A stretch of 64,000 nucleotides of DNA from Octopus bimaculoides (taxonomy: Eukaryota): positions 128,611,422 to 128,675,421 of the forward strand of contig NC_068981.1 of the NCBI RefSeq assembly GCF_001194135.2. The letters are read 5' to 3'. The notes under the pieces were generated by a model. The model made no database searches. It was given only the letters and a program-made list of their open reading frames with translations, and had not been told where the DNA came from. This document shows positions 26,150 to 38,869 of this stretch, piece by piece. The translations under genes and the position numbers were made by a program. Positions within the stretch are counted from its first letter, which is position 1. Every line of letters starts with the position of its first letter.

Positions 26150-27200
26150 TCAAGAGTAAGTGCCCACTCCTAGCTGTCATTCCCAGCCTACAGACACATT
26201 CTGAGAGTAAACCATGCTCACTATTTTCACCCACCTTTCAATAAGTGTTAATAAGAGCTTGACTGGTAGTGAATGGGGAATATGTGTCCTCAGTCCTTTC
26301 AGTTACGTGCATCTCACACATCTTTTGCTGTATTCACCAAAGTGAGGAAAATCTCCGACCCTTCTTAGTCCATTTTAAAGATTGCAGAGAGGCAATCTTT
26401 AAAGTAGACTTGGTAGAAATCTGGATCCATACTACATGCAATAACAGCTCTTCAACAAAAAACAAGTCAGCATCATCGTCAGCAGCAGCATTTAACATCT
26501 GGCATTCCCTCAAAACCTCGTTTCCACAGCTGTGCTTGAATCAGTACAGAAGAGATGAGAAATGAAACCCTTGACAGATCAGGCATTATACAAAATGGTT
26601 TCAATTGGTGGCCATTTAGTCTGATTGGTGTATAGAGCAGATGGCGCTATACATTGAAATGATCCAGCCTCTGAAAATGGGTCCAAAATCAACTATTTTG
26701 AGGGTTGCTACCTAGTAATAGTGGTCAACTTTATTAAAAATTTTTGGTTGAATCAAAAGGATCAGAACTCTACTGAAAGCAGCTTTGTTTCTCACCCTTT
26801 TTTAATGATGTATTCAATGAGAAGGAAGCTGTCATGCATCAAGTCACCAGAGATTGAACAACTCTTGACCAAGATCTTAAATTCTGTATTCAGCTGAGTT
26901 ATAGTCTGGAAATAATTGATAATGCCACCCTTATTCACATCCTCCATGTGGGATGCTACCACTCCCAGTTCAAAGAAATTGGAAATCTCCCAGTCTCCTG
27001 CCAGTTGTAGTAAATATTTGCAAAAGATTTACCAAACAAGTCTGGTGTATATGTATAAAATTTACTAGTAGGCCATCCAAACCAGATGATTTATCCCTCA
27101 GCTGCGATTAGTTTTGAAGCACTTCACATCTTCTGCAGAGTGCCATGATGCCACCAAGGTAGACACGAAAATGTATTACTAATTCCAGTCCATCACTTGA
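26150..27200 (-). mobile_element. Old Tx1/L1-like RT remnant
   Basis: Frameshifted minus-strand pieces resembling KSSGLDGL and FQTITQLNTEFKILVK. Confidence 0.5.
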
Positions 27201-27222
27201 TTCATACCACAGAACAGAATGC

Positions 27223-27518
27223 TAACGTGCAAGTGGCTGAGCACTCCACAGACACGTGTACCCTTAACGTAGTTCTCGGGGATATTCAGCGTGACACAGT
27301 GTGACAAGGCTGACCCTTTGAATTACAGGCACAACAGAAACAGGAAGTAAGAGTGAGAGAAAGTTGTGGTGAAAGAGTACAGCAGGGTACGCCACCATCC
27401 CCTGCCGGAGCCTCGTGGAGCTTTTAGGTCTTTTCGCTCAATAAACACTCACAACGCCCGGTCTGGGAATCAAAACCGCGAGTCCACTGCCCTAACCACT
27501 GGGCCATTGCGCCTCCAC
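27223..27518 (-). mobile_element. tRNA-derived SINE family C, 3' tail missing
   Basis: Near-identical to 51397-51776; A box TGGCCCAGTGG. Confidence 0.8.
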
Positions 27519-27613
27519 CCAGATCCACTATAAGATGCATATTCCTCATATTCATAGAAGATGGGTGCAAGTGCATGTGTCCTAAAAATCCTGGTTTCAC
27601 TAATGGCTACCAG

Positions 27614-30542
27614 CAGTGGTGGATCTACTATAAAACTAATGAAGCTTAAGCTTCAGGGCCCCTAATTCTGGAGGAGCCTCTCTGAAGCAACTTCATTTTT
27701 TCATTCTGTCAATTTTTTTTTGTTTTTGTATTTTGCCATGCAGATTGCTGTTACCAGTCTTAGTGGACAATGTCATCACATACTCCTACATAGAGTCTAG
27801 ACACGCAGTGTCTAGCCACAAGCTGTTTCACCTAATGTTTCTGCGGTGTGGATTAGTATAAAAAATATAAGTACAAACAACTTGCAGATAATTTGCTTTC
27901 CTTGAATTATTCTGGAAACTTCAGTCCTGACCCTCCCATTATCAAATATGTCTACTACTACATCAGCACGGTAGGGATAAGAATTCTTATTTTCTCAGCA
28001 GGACATCATTATTTAATGACCATTGAAAGGGTTTGCCTCCTAATTTTGGACTTACAATCAATTCAGTAACAAAGCATTTTTTCTACTTTAAAAATTGTTT
28101 GAATATCTACCTTGTACAAAATGAACATTTCTTCATTTATGACTGTATATTAAGTTGTGGACACTTATCTTGATCGGTCTCTGTATGGCTGTGGCTAATG
28201 AAAATATTACCCCAATTTTTTTTCACAGAGGTCTAGGACCCAAGAGGAATAACAATGTCTTCAAGAAAGTATTTAAGCGGATACCAGAAATGCCAACTCA
28301 AAGAAAAGCAATCTAACAAAATTTTTAAATGTCAAAAACTATCAAACTATTTTACAATGTCAAGTAAAAGTTTATCATCACCTGCAACTGAAACAAGCTA
28401 TGCAAGCACCAGTGAAGTCAATGATAGTGCACTGTGTACGCTTTTGGTGCAGATGATGATCATAGTGGTCAAGAACTTCAAGGAAAGAGAGAGCAGAAAC
28501 AGAAAACAGGAAGCAAATTTAGTGATTTCAAAGAATACAGTCACCTGGCAAACTGACCCATAACAATTAATAATGATTTCATACAAAACTGTTTAATGCA
28601 AGACATTAGTTTTTTTTTTCAAAATTAAAAACCAGATAATGTACATACTGAATCCAACAAGATTTACAAACAGCAAAACTGAAGTTTCTCAAACAAGTAC
28701 TTTGAAAAAGATTAAAAAATGCTCAGACTGTGATGAGATCCTGATCAGTTTACTCAAAGAGCAAAGGCTGTATGTACTGCTTTGTCTGTAAACTCTTTTC
28801 TAAATGCCAAATATCACTTACAATAGGTGGGTTTTTTGACTGGATGAATATACTCAGAACTCTAGAAAATCATGAAGACAGCAGAGAACATAATAGGACG
28901 ATGTTGAACTGGCTAACACAAAAGTTAGATAAAAACACTGTGGATCAGCAACTTGAGCAACAGTTGAGAAAAAAACATGCAGTACTATTTTGAAGTTCTA
29001 AAAAGAGTTGTAGCTGTTATAAAGTTTTTAAGTGAAAAAGGTTTAGCATTTAGAGGTCATGAGGAAAAGTGGGGCTCCCCAAATAATGGAAATTTCATGG
29101 GGGCCTGAATGTAAGTGAGATGCAAAGAATTTATACCACAAGTTGGTGAAATTGGAATATGCTGCTGTTTTAAAAGTCATTTAGGAAGAAGTTATGGAGA
29201 GCTTTAACAATACAAGTAAGAAACTCCAAACCCCTGTTTCTGATGTATTTGAAGGTTACCTTTTGTTAGCATCTTTACTTTCATTTGTTAAAGAACTATG
29301 AGAAAATTCAGCCGACAGGATTGTACACTATGAATCAGCAGCAAAAAGGTGTAAGTAAATATATCACCTCAAATTATTCTGATATTTCCAAACACATTGT
29401 TACAAAGAAATTTGCAGATGGAACAAGTGATAGGGATTCTTTGAAAGGGGCTGAAAAATTTAGGATGGAAGTTCTAAATCAAGTCTATGACTGCTTGATA
29501 ATTCAGTTAAGCAAGAGGATGGAGCTATATGAGCAGATTGCGAAAAGGTTCAAATTTCTGTCAGAACTGATGAACAATTCAGAATTTGATGAGGATAGTA
29601 TCAGACTTATATTGCATTACAAAGATGATATTGACCACAAATTGAGTGCTATTGACGTGTTCCCTAATGTTCTTTTCCACTCTAGGCACAAGGTCCAAAA
29701 TTTTTGGGGAGGGGACCCAGTCAATTAGATTGACCCCAGTATGCAACTAGTACTTAATTTATCAATCCCTGAAAGGATGAAAGGCAAAGTCAACCTTGGT
29801 GGAATTTGAGTGTTCCCTAATATTACTACTGTACTTGTCAATGCCTACCACGAGCTGTGAAGCAGAAAAGAATTTCTCAACGCTTTCCTTTATAAAGAAT
29901 AAATTTCATTCTACCATGACTGAAGAGTGCTTAAATTTCTTGTGCCTAGTCCCTAGAAAATGATATTGCAAGGAAGCTCACATATGACAAAACTGTAAGG
30001 GAATATGTTGCTATAAAAAAAAACAGAAAGAAAGAGTATTTTGTAATTTTCATATGTATCTTAAATATAAGATTAATATTAGATTATATTAAATGTGATA
30101 ATTGTTGTCTTTATTCTATGATGTATCATGCATGTATATAATGCTTTCCTAACTTTCAACCCCCATAACTCTAAAATTATAAGGCATAGCCTCAAAAATA
30201 TTTGTTCTCACCAGCAACTTTGAGAATCACAATCTGAAATGCAGTTCTTTAATTTGTAAAGAAAATTGTGGTGATCTGCTATGGAACAAACACATCAACA
30301 AAGATATCGGTAATTACCCATACCTCGTTACTGGTGGAAAGAGGGCTCACTGTCAGACTCATTTTAAGGACTCCACATCACCACTCCACCATTTGGGCTA
30401 TCAGGGCCTCAAGGCTGGAGTTCCTTGCAAGGGCACAAAAATTCTTTGACCCTTGTTGGATTTTACCCTACTGTGGCTAATTATAAAGGGGCCCCCATAA
30501 CATTTTAAGCTTCAGGGCCCCAATATTGTAGATCTGCCATTG
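27614..30542 (+). mobile_element. hAT transposon (Tip100/ZMYM-like), internally deleted, both ends intact
   Basis: TIRs CAGTGGTGGATCTAC / GTAGATCTGCCATTG; perfect 8-bp TSD GCTACCAG (27606-27613, 30543-30550). Fragments YCFVCKLF, KGLAFRGH..NNGNF, and hATC-like CEAEKNFSTLSFIKNK..TM. Confidence 0.92.
29669..29809 (-). mobile_element. 5'-truncated family B SINE inserted in the hAT
   Basis: 12-bp duplication GTGTTCCCTAAT at 29657-29668 and 29810-29821. Confidence 0.8.
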
Positions 30543-33013
30543 GCTACCAGACACATACTCCCATATGCCTTGTCACATCTCATATAAAAGGAATATTATT
30601 CTATATGTCACTTAGGGCTCCTTTCAACTGTTTGCTTTTGAGGACATTTGTAAAACTGTTTCATCATTCCTGAAGTAAAAGGAATTCTGTTTTTTTTCTT
30701 TGCCTATTCTTGGATGCATCTCTCAAGCAAGGAGGCATTTTCTTTAATGACACAAAACTGCTCCTTTTTTTGTCCAATGGCTAAACAATGTCTAATACTT
30801 CTCTTTCACCTGCAACACTAGCAAAAATGTTTCTCTTGTTAATAACCTTTGTTTCTGTCATGTAAATTAATGTTTCCACTAGTTAATTTTTTTATTACTT
30901 GATGAAGTATATGTGCCTGCTCGTTTAATTGAGATTTTCTTGTTTTTTTTTTTATTTGTTTTGTTTTCTGCTTGTAGTCTGTGTTGCTTCACTCAATGTT
31001 AGTTCTCTTATGGGTTTTCCTGCTGCTCTAGAATTTGAAGGTTGTTGAATGAGGTAAATGCATGAGAAAGAGTGGAGCTACACTCAAGAAGATTCAGTTT
31101 CTTTGTATTGATATCTTGTTCTCACATCTAAATCAGTCAAAAAAAAAAGGGGAAAAATATTCTAAACATGAAAACAAAGCCTAAAATCAAGAGGTTTTAA
31201 AGCAAAATTACTAAATCAAAGGCTTTAATTAGCTGAAAAACAAGATACAGAATTCTACTGTGGTCAGGGAAGTAGTCATGCTTGATATACAGGAAATTTG
31301 TCAGTAGGAGTTCTATACTGTGTATGCAATATAAACAATGGGTACCCAAGGGTGCAGTGAGATCATAGGAAGGTTTACAGAGATGGGATTAGTATGCAGC
31401 AGTTGCACAGAAGTTAGCAGTAAGGTCTCCTATGAAATCAATTCTTTCAAATACCCAAGTCTCCCTCTAAGAAGTTTCTTGTACCTTGGTGCCCTAATCA
31501 GCAGTGGAGGTGGATATCCCAAAATTATAGTAGCTAGAGTACAATTAGAATAAAAAATTTCAGGGAACTATTAATTTTGCTGGTAACCAAAGGAGTCTCT
31601 CACTGGCTGAAAGGTGCTTGAGTACAAAGTGCTACACTTCATTGCAGCAAACATGGGCACAGAATACAGATGTGTAAAAGCTAGAAAGAAATGAAGTGAA
31701 CATACTTTACTGGTTGTATAATGTTAGTGTGCATAAGTAATGGGGCATAAATGATCTGAGAGAAAAACTAAGAATAAAACAAATCAGATATAGTGTATTA
31801 GAGAAGAGACATCACAGATACAAGATGTGCATGAAAGATGGTATTTGTGTAAAGAAGTATATCTGACTAATAAGAAAACAAATGCTACCCTTACAGTTGA
31901 ATGGATAGTAGTGCAGTCAACCATAAAAATTATTATTCCTTCAAGTAAACTATTCATGCAAGCATGGAAAACTGGATGTGTATGTATGTGATTGAGCATA
32001 TGTTGGAAAGGTATGAATGTTACAAATTTTGTTTCTCACTTCCTCAAAGTCAAAAGACTATATATATCAATAGTTCAATAGACCTATTGATAAATGTCCT
32101 TGATTAAGAAAATTCGAGCAACTGTTTCTGTTTTATTACACTTAAATAAAATATTGATTTCTTTAGCTTGATGCAAGATATTTTTGTACAGTTTTAAGTA
32201 TAAACAGTTTAGAGCAGGTACTTATGTTATTGACCCAGGAAGGATAAAAGTAACATTAAATATGACATGAATTAAATACAGAATGTAAAGAAAAATACTT
32301 TGTTATAAAGCATTTAGTCTCATATTCTTTCAATCAGCCATTTCCCCACCCTAAAGGCAAATCATTTTATTGATCAATTTTTCTGACAAACTCTTATATG
32401 ATTCTTTAGATTTTTTCTTCAAAATTTTTTAAAGAAAAAATGTTTTACAACATCCTAATTACATGAGAGAAGATCAAACACCTTCCTTCAATACAGTTTT
32501 TTTACAGTTATAATTTATTATTCAATCTAACTCTATTGTTATGTTTACAATTTACTCTCTTCAATTTTGAAGTGGAAGAACAAAGAGTTTTTCAAGTATT
32601 TGTTCTGACATGCATCATTTTTCTTCTTTTTTTTTTCTTCTGTTCTTGATATTATTTCTGGATGTTTTTGATCTGGTTGTTACTGTTCTTGATGTTGCAA
32701 TTATTACTGTTAGAAATAATGCTGCTCTTGTTTAGCTTCAAATCAGCCTTCATCAAGTTGAGCTTTGATTAAAGGCATCCCAGCTATATTCATTCTATTC
32801 CATTTCCAGGAGCAGTGCAAAATGTACCTGGAACCATATCATCTAATGTATTTTGTTTTTATTTTTAGAATGGGTCACTGTATTCCCCCTCTCTTTCTCT
32901 GTATGTATACATATATAAAATGTATATATATATATATATATATTAATAGTAATGGTGTGACAACAAAAGAATGAATGAGACCTTGATATTATGTAAATAG
33001 AGGAATTTATCTG

Positions 33014-33213
33014 TAATATATGTGACAATTATTCAGTTGCCATCATAAAACTCCAAGTTTCAGATGTCGGGGCGGAAATCTGCTCTGGCATCTCGTCAGT
33101 TATCGAGGCAATAAAAAAATGCTCTTGATAACTGACGAGATGCCGGAGCAGATTCCCACCGCAACATCCAAAACTTGGAGTTTTATTATGACAACCGAAT
33201 AATTGTCACATAT

Positions 33214-33217
<4 letters not shown>
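33014..33217. mobile_element. Second fold-back family with a hammerhead motif in each arm
   Basis: About 97-bp inverted arms and a 9-nt loop. Each arm reads GAUAA CUGACGA GAUG..CAUC N (G/A)AA ACU UGG AGU U UUAU. Confidence 0.75.
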
Positions 33218-33251
<34 letters not shown>

Positions 33252-35173
33252 TGTATGTATGTATGTATGTATGTATGTATGTATGGATCACTATTAGTGT
33301 GGTCAGTAGAGCTGAAAATACTTTGTTGAGGAGTTCTCATATCCTTGCTTTCCTCAGTTGGATTTACAGACATAATCAACTCCATATTACTGTAATTTGA
33401 GAGAGATTTAGTTACTATTTCTAGAAGGTTAAGCAACTAAGTAGAAAACTGGTTCTATTTATTATTTGTGATGTAACCATTGCTGTTATTGTCATTATTA
33501 CTATTGTTGTTGTTATTATTATTGTTAAAGGTGGTGAGCTGGCAGAATCATTAGCTTGCTGGACAGTGCTTAGCAGCATTCAGCCCATCTTTATGTTCTC
33601 AGTTCAAATTCCACTGAGATTGACTTTGCCTTTCATCCTTTCAGGGTTGATAAAATAAGTACCAGCTTAGCACTGGGGTCAATGTAATTGATTTACCCAC
33701 CCCCAAACTTGCTGGCCTTGTGTCAAAATTTGAAGGCATTATTATTGCTAAAGTTATCAGAATCGTTATCATGTTGGACAGAGTTCAAACACCACCAAGG
33801 TCGACTTTGCTTTCATCCTTTCAGAGTCAATAAAATAAGTATCAGTCAAATACTGGGGTCAATGTAATCAACTAGTCCCCTCCTCTAAAATTTCAGGCTT
33901 GTTCTTATAGTAGAAAGGATTATTATTGCTAGAATGATTGTTGTTACTGTACATGTACATATTATTGTGATTGTTATGGTCATTGTTTTTTTTTTTAAGC
34001 AAACCCATCATCACAGAGAGTCACATTCAGACAAATGTTTGGAAGCAATCTACATGCCCAACGCATTTGATCTGCCAGGTTTGACTTTTACGTAGTTCCA
34101 TATAGCATACTCAATTATTTAGATCAAACATGAGACTCTCAACTGCGGAGAGGGTCATGAGAGATCATTTAAACAGGATATGAAATTATTTTACTTAATG
34201 GTCTAAAATAAGTAACTTTTGATTTAGGTAAAAACAACATTATTAATTTTTGATTTCTGCAGGCTTGTAATAAAATCTGAGACTAGAAGTTATAAAATCA
34301 ATAATTAGAATAGGAAATTTCTTCTTGGATCTGACTGGCATACTGACAGACCCTCTATGAGTGAAAAGATGAATCAAAATGATACGTTGGTGGTTAAGTA
34401 GTTTGGCTGCTGTCCATAGCTTCAAACAAAGCATGGGTGCAGGTACAATGGTGTGATTAAGAAGTTTGCTTCACTCCCTATGTGATTTCCACTTTGATCC
34501 CAGAGGTAAAAATGGGCTTGCATAGGGCTAATATCCCTAGGTTTCAGAAGCCTCAATGACAATTCAAAGCCAGCAAGACCTGGGACAGGAAGCATTTACA
34601 CTGTCCAGCAAAATCTGAAAGAACTCATTGAGGCAGATTTTCCATGGCTGGATGTTCTTCTAGTTGCCAATCCCTGGGAAAGGCATCTAACCATAGAAAA
34701 TGATAACATAAAGAGGCAGAAAAAAAATTTGCAAGGCATCTCATTTGGTACTTTGATAGTTCTTCCAATCTAGTACTTTGGACTTGTCCTTTATTTATGA
34801 ACCCCTAAAAGATGAATGGTAAAGGAAGTCAACCTTGGTGATATTTGAATGGAAAGTGCAGAGACCTGGTTTGGCTGCTTTCCATTTTTTCAAATAAAGC
34901 ATGGGTGCTGGCATGACTCTGTGATTAAGAAGTTTGTTTCATCTCTATGTGGTTTCAGTTTTGATCCCATTATGCAACATCTTGGACAAATGTTTTCTAC
35001 CATAGCTTCAGGTCAACCAAAACCTTGAGAGTGAAATTCAGTTGATGGAAGTTGTGTGGAAGCTCATTGAAAGGATTGTTCCTACTCTTGAGTTGTTGTC
35101 TTAAATCCATTGCTCAGTTCAACCATCACTGTTTATAACTTTATATATTAGTGATAGAGATCATATTACTACT

Positions 35174-35610
35174 GAGAGGTAATACTTATCTCCACTTACA
35201 CATGAATGTTCTGTTAGAACAAACTATACTGTGGTACTTACTATAAAAGACACTTTCATATTGGCTTTTTGGTGCAAAATGCAGTCTTGTTTATATCGCT
35301 AGCAGGGAGATAAATCCCTGCTACCTCCAGCACCAAGACCACCAGACCATGTGATTTTGACTTTGTTTGGTCTTGTCAATGATGGACACTCAGCTGCTAG
35401 AGGCAGCAGCAATTCACCTCCCCACCAGTGATTGACAGTGCCAGAAGAGGTATTGGTATCATGATTAACCAGTTAGTTTGTTAGCAATATAAACAAGAGT
35501 GCATTTTACACCAAAAACCCAATATGAGAGTTTCTCTCGTGGTAACTACTGCAGTATAGTTTGTTCTAACAGAACATCCATGCTTAAGTGAGAATAAATA
35601 ATACCTCTCA
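35174..35610. mobile_element. Fold-back element (about 131-bp arms) with a decayed hammerhead in the spacer
   Basis: Arms 35174-35304 / 35479-35610. Minus strand 35339-35385 reads CCAUCA UUGACAA GAC CAAACAAA GUC AAA AUCA CA UGGU C UGGUGG. Confidence 0.65.
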
Positions 35611-36254
35611 CTTACATCTTTGTTGCAGTTCCTATCTACCTGAAAGTCTGTCTCACAACAGATCCCAAGCAACATAATTAGTCCATCAGTCCAGTACCTG
35701 ATAATGCTGCTGGTCAGCATAGAGTTGCAACACACCTACAAACATACAGGTTTTAATATCTATATGCAAAACATATAGATATGCTCTCCAAATTCGTGTG
35801 CTAAACATAAATTGTCATTTCTGTAGAGCTTTAAAATTTTCAAATGAAACAAATGGCATGTGGTGGTCAGGTAAGATTGCCAGCACTAACAGCTCCTTCT
35901 CAACCTCTTATGGATCACTTCCATCCAGTCAAAGGATTTTCTGAACAATATCAGACAATACAACTCTGCATTTCAAATAACATCGTTTACTGCATCTAAG
36001 AAGATAGTTAAACATGAATTTACACCGATTTCAAAGTTCAAGGACAAGTCTATCACCTCATTGGTTCCCTGTTACCCACAAATGAACAACCACAGTTCCT
36101 CCAAATTTACTTTATGAGTGACGTAGGGCAACAAACCCAAAGGAGGTGTCAAAACTTCAGACGATGGGTCATGTTAGACACAGCGCTGACTGCTGCAAAG
36201 GAGAGTGTAACCACTGACAGCTTTTCGGTGCATTCAAAATCACCTAACACCCAC

Positions 36255-37096
36255 TCCAAAATCCTACGGGAGCCAGTCAGGCGGTACTGGCAACGGCCAC
36301 ACTCAAAATGGTGCATCTCATGTGCCACCCGCACAAGAGCCAGTCCAGGGGCACTGGCAACNNNNNNNNNNNNNNNNNNNNNNNNNNNNNNNNNNNNNNN
36401 NNNNNNNNNNNNNNNNNNNNNNNNNNNNNNNNNNNNNNNNNNNNNNNNNNNNNNNNNNNNNNNNNNNNNNNNNNNNNNNNNNNNNNNNNNNNNNNNNNNN
36501 NNNNNNNNNNNNNNNNNNNNNNNNNNNNNNNNNNNNNNNNNNNNNNNNNNNNNNNNNNNNNNNNNNNNNNNNNNNNNNNNNNNNNNNNNNNNNNNNNNNN
36601 NNNNNNNNNNNNNNNNNNNNNNNNNNNNNNNNNNNNNNNNNNNNNNNNNNNNNNNNNNNNNNNNNNNNNNNNNNNNNNNNNNNNNNNNNNNNNNNNNNNN
36701 NNNNNNNNNNNNNNNNNNNNNNNNNNNNNNNNNNNNNNNNNNNNNNNNNNNNNNNNNNNNNATGTCCTCAGCAGTTACAGCCCATGTTTCACTGCCATGT
36801 AGCATGGCTGTTCGTACGCATGCGTCATACAGTCTGCCTTTTACTCTGAGTGAGAGTCCCTTTGTCGTCTGCAGGGGTAAGAGCTCTCTAAACTTTGCCC
36901 AGGCTATTCTTATTCTAGCAGCTACACTTTCAGCGCACCCACCCCCACTACTTACTTGGTCGCCCAGATAGCGGAAGCTATCGACTACCTCTAGTTTTTC
37001 ACCCTGGAATGAGATAGAAGTTGTTTCCTGTTTGTTTACAGTCTTTATTGCACCTGAACATCTGCCACAAACAAAAACTAACTTCCTAGTTAACCT
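36255..37096 (-). mobile_element. RTE LINE fragment spanning an N gap
   Basis: EKLEVVDSFRYLGDQVSSGGGCAESVAARIRIAWAKFRELLP...TAMLHGSETW. The UTR part is near-identical to 168-273. Confidence 0.85.
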
Positions 37097-37103
37097 ATAC
37101 ATA

Positions 37104-37308
37104 CAGTAATCCCTCGCCATATTGCGGTTCACCTATCACGCACTCAGTACATTGCGGATTTTTCTGGCTAATATATGTAAATTTATATCGCAGACTCCTC
37201 AGTATATCCGGATTTCTGCAGCTAATAGGTATGTATACTTTTTTAGATTTTAATTATTTCTATGGGACATTTTGGAACATAGCACCAGCAATAGTCAAGG
37301 GATTACTG
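37104..37308. mobile_element. pogo/Tigger-like MITE
   Basis: TIRs CAGTAATCCCTCG / CAAGGGATTACTG; TA on the left, AG on the right. Confidence 0.7.
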
Positions 37309-37310
37309 AG

Positions 37311-37338
<28 letters not shown>

Positions 37339-37341
<3 letters not shown>

Positions 37342-38594
37342 GGTGTGTAAGGTATTTGAGGACACACCTTTTTTGGGTCACTGCTGCATTTTTTGTTAAC
37401 TATGTATAATCTTTGTTTCAGAAAATAATAATGGCAGGACCTCATGAAGAAATGAAGAGTGCTGCTGTTATTGTGGTTCTAAAGGCTGAGCATAGCAATT
37501 TAGAAATATCCTGATTTTTAAAAGTTGTCAGATCTTTTGTCTACAAAGTTTGTAAGGAGCTAGAGACTGAAGATGGAAACATATCACTAGTATCAGAGTA
37601 TAAAAAGCATTCCAAATGCTTTGAAATCATCAGAACACCTGAATTTATCCAGCAAGTTCAACAGACCATTGATTACAATCCCAGAAAGTCCATGAGGTCA
37701 ATTGCAAAAGATCTCCACGTGTCAGAAGGAAAAGTCAGAAATGTTGTCCACGAAGACATCAGATATAAGTCTTATATGATGAGGAAAGGTTAATTTGTCA
37801 GAAAAAGCAAAAGAAAATCATTACATCAGATCTAAAAGGCTCTTAAACAAATTGAAAATTCCAGCAGAAGCAGATTTGATTTGGTTTTTCTCAAACGAGT
37901 AAAACTCCAACCAAGATTAAAAAGTTAACAGAAGAAATGACAGATGGTAATGTGCAGACATTTCTGAAGTTCTAAGTGTTATGCATACAAAATTTCCTGC
38001 CACTTTTATGGTTTTAGGGGTTGTCAGCAATGAAGGACAAGTGATACCTCCTTACTTCTTTCCACAAGGCCTTAGAGTTAACTCTGCCGCCTACATTGAG
38101 GTTCTGGAAATAATTGTTAAGCCCTGGATAGACAGTGTATGCAATGGAAGACCATATATGTTTCAGTAAGACTCTGCACTATCACACATGGCTCTAGTAA
38201 CACAGGAATGGATTGCTGAAAATTTTCATGATCACATAACCCCTAACATTTGGCCTCCTAATTCCTCAGATCTCAACCCGTTGGACTATTACATGTGGAG
38301 CATAGTTGAGAGAGAGGTCAATGAATGCACTCATAACACTAAAGATTCTTTGAAAGCTGCCATAGTCAGAGTAATATCCCAAATGAACCAGGACCACTTG
38401 ATTCAAGCATGTAGATGATTTAGATCTCATATAGAAGCAGTTGTTGAAGCTGAAGGTGGCTTTATTGAATAACATCATAGAAAAGAGGGTTTATTTTTAT
38501 CCTCATCGCAATTTTTTGATAAGTAAAGTTATCTGTTATCATATATCTGTTTTTTATAAACATAAATTTGTCCTCAAATATCTTACCCACCCTG
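37339..38594 (+). mobile_element. Full-length maT (DD37D) Tc1/mariner transposon, pseudogenised
   Basis: 25-bp TIRs CAGGGTG(T/G)GTAAG(G/A)TATTTGAGGAC with TA on both sides. Transposase about 37431-38472 with stops; DSA...WPPNSSDLNPLD has 37 residues between the aspartates. Confidence 0.92.
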
Positions 38595-38600
38595 TATATG

Positions 38601-38662
<62 letters not shown>

Positions 38663-38806
38663 TGTATGTATGTNNNNNNNNNNNNNNNNNNNNNNNNNNN
38701 NNNNNNNNNNNNNNNNNNNNNNNNNNNNNNNNNNNNNNNNNNNNNNNNNNNNNNNNNNNNNNNNNNNNNNNNNNNNNNNNNNNNNNNNNNNNNNNNNNNN
38801 NNNNNN

Positions 38807-38869
<63 letters not shown>

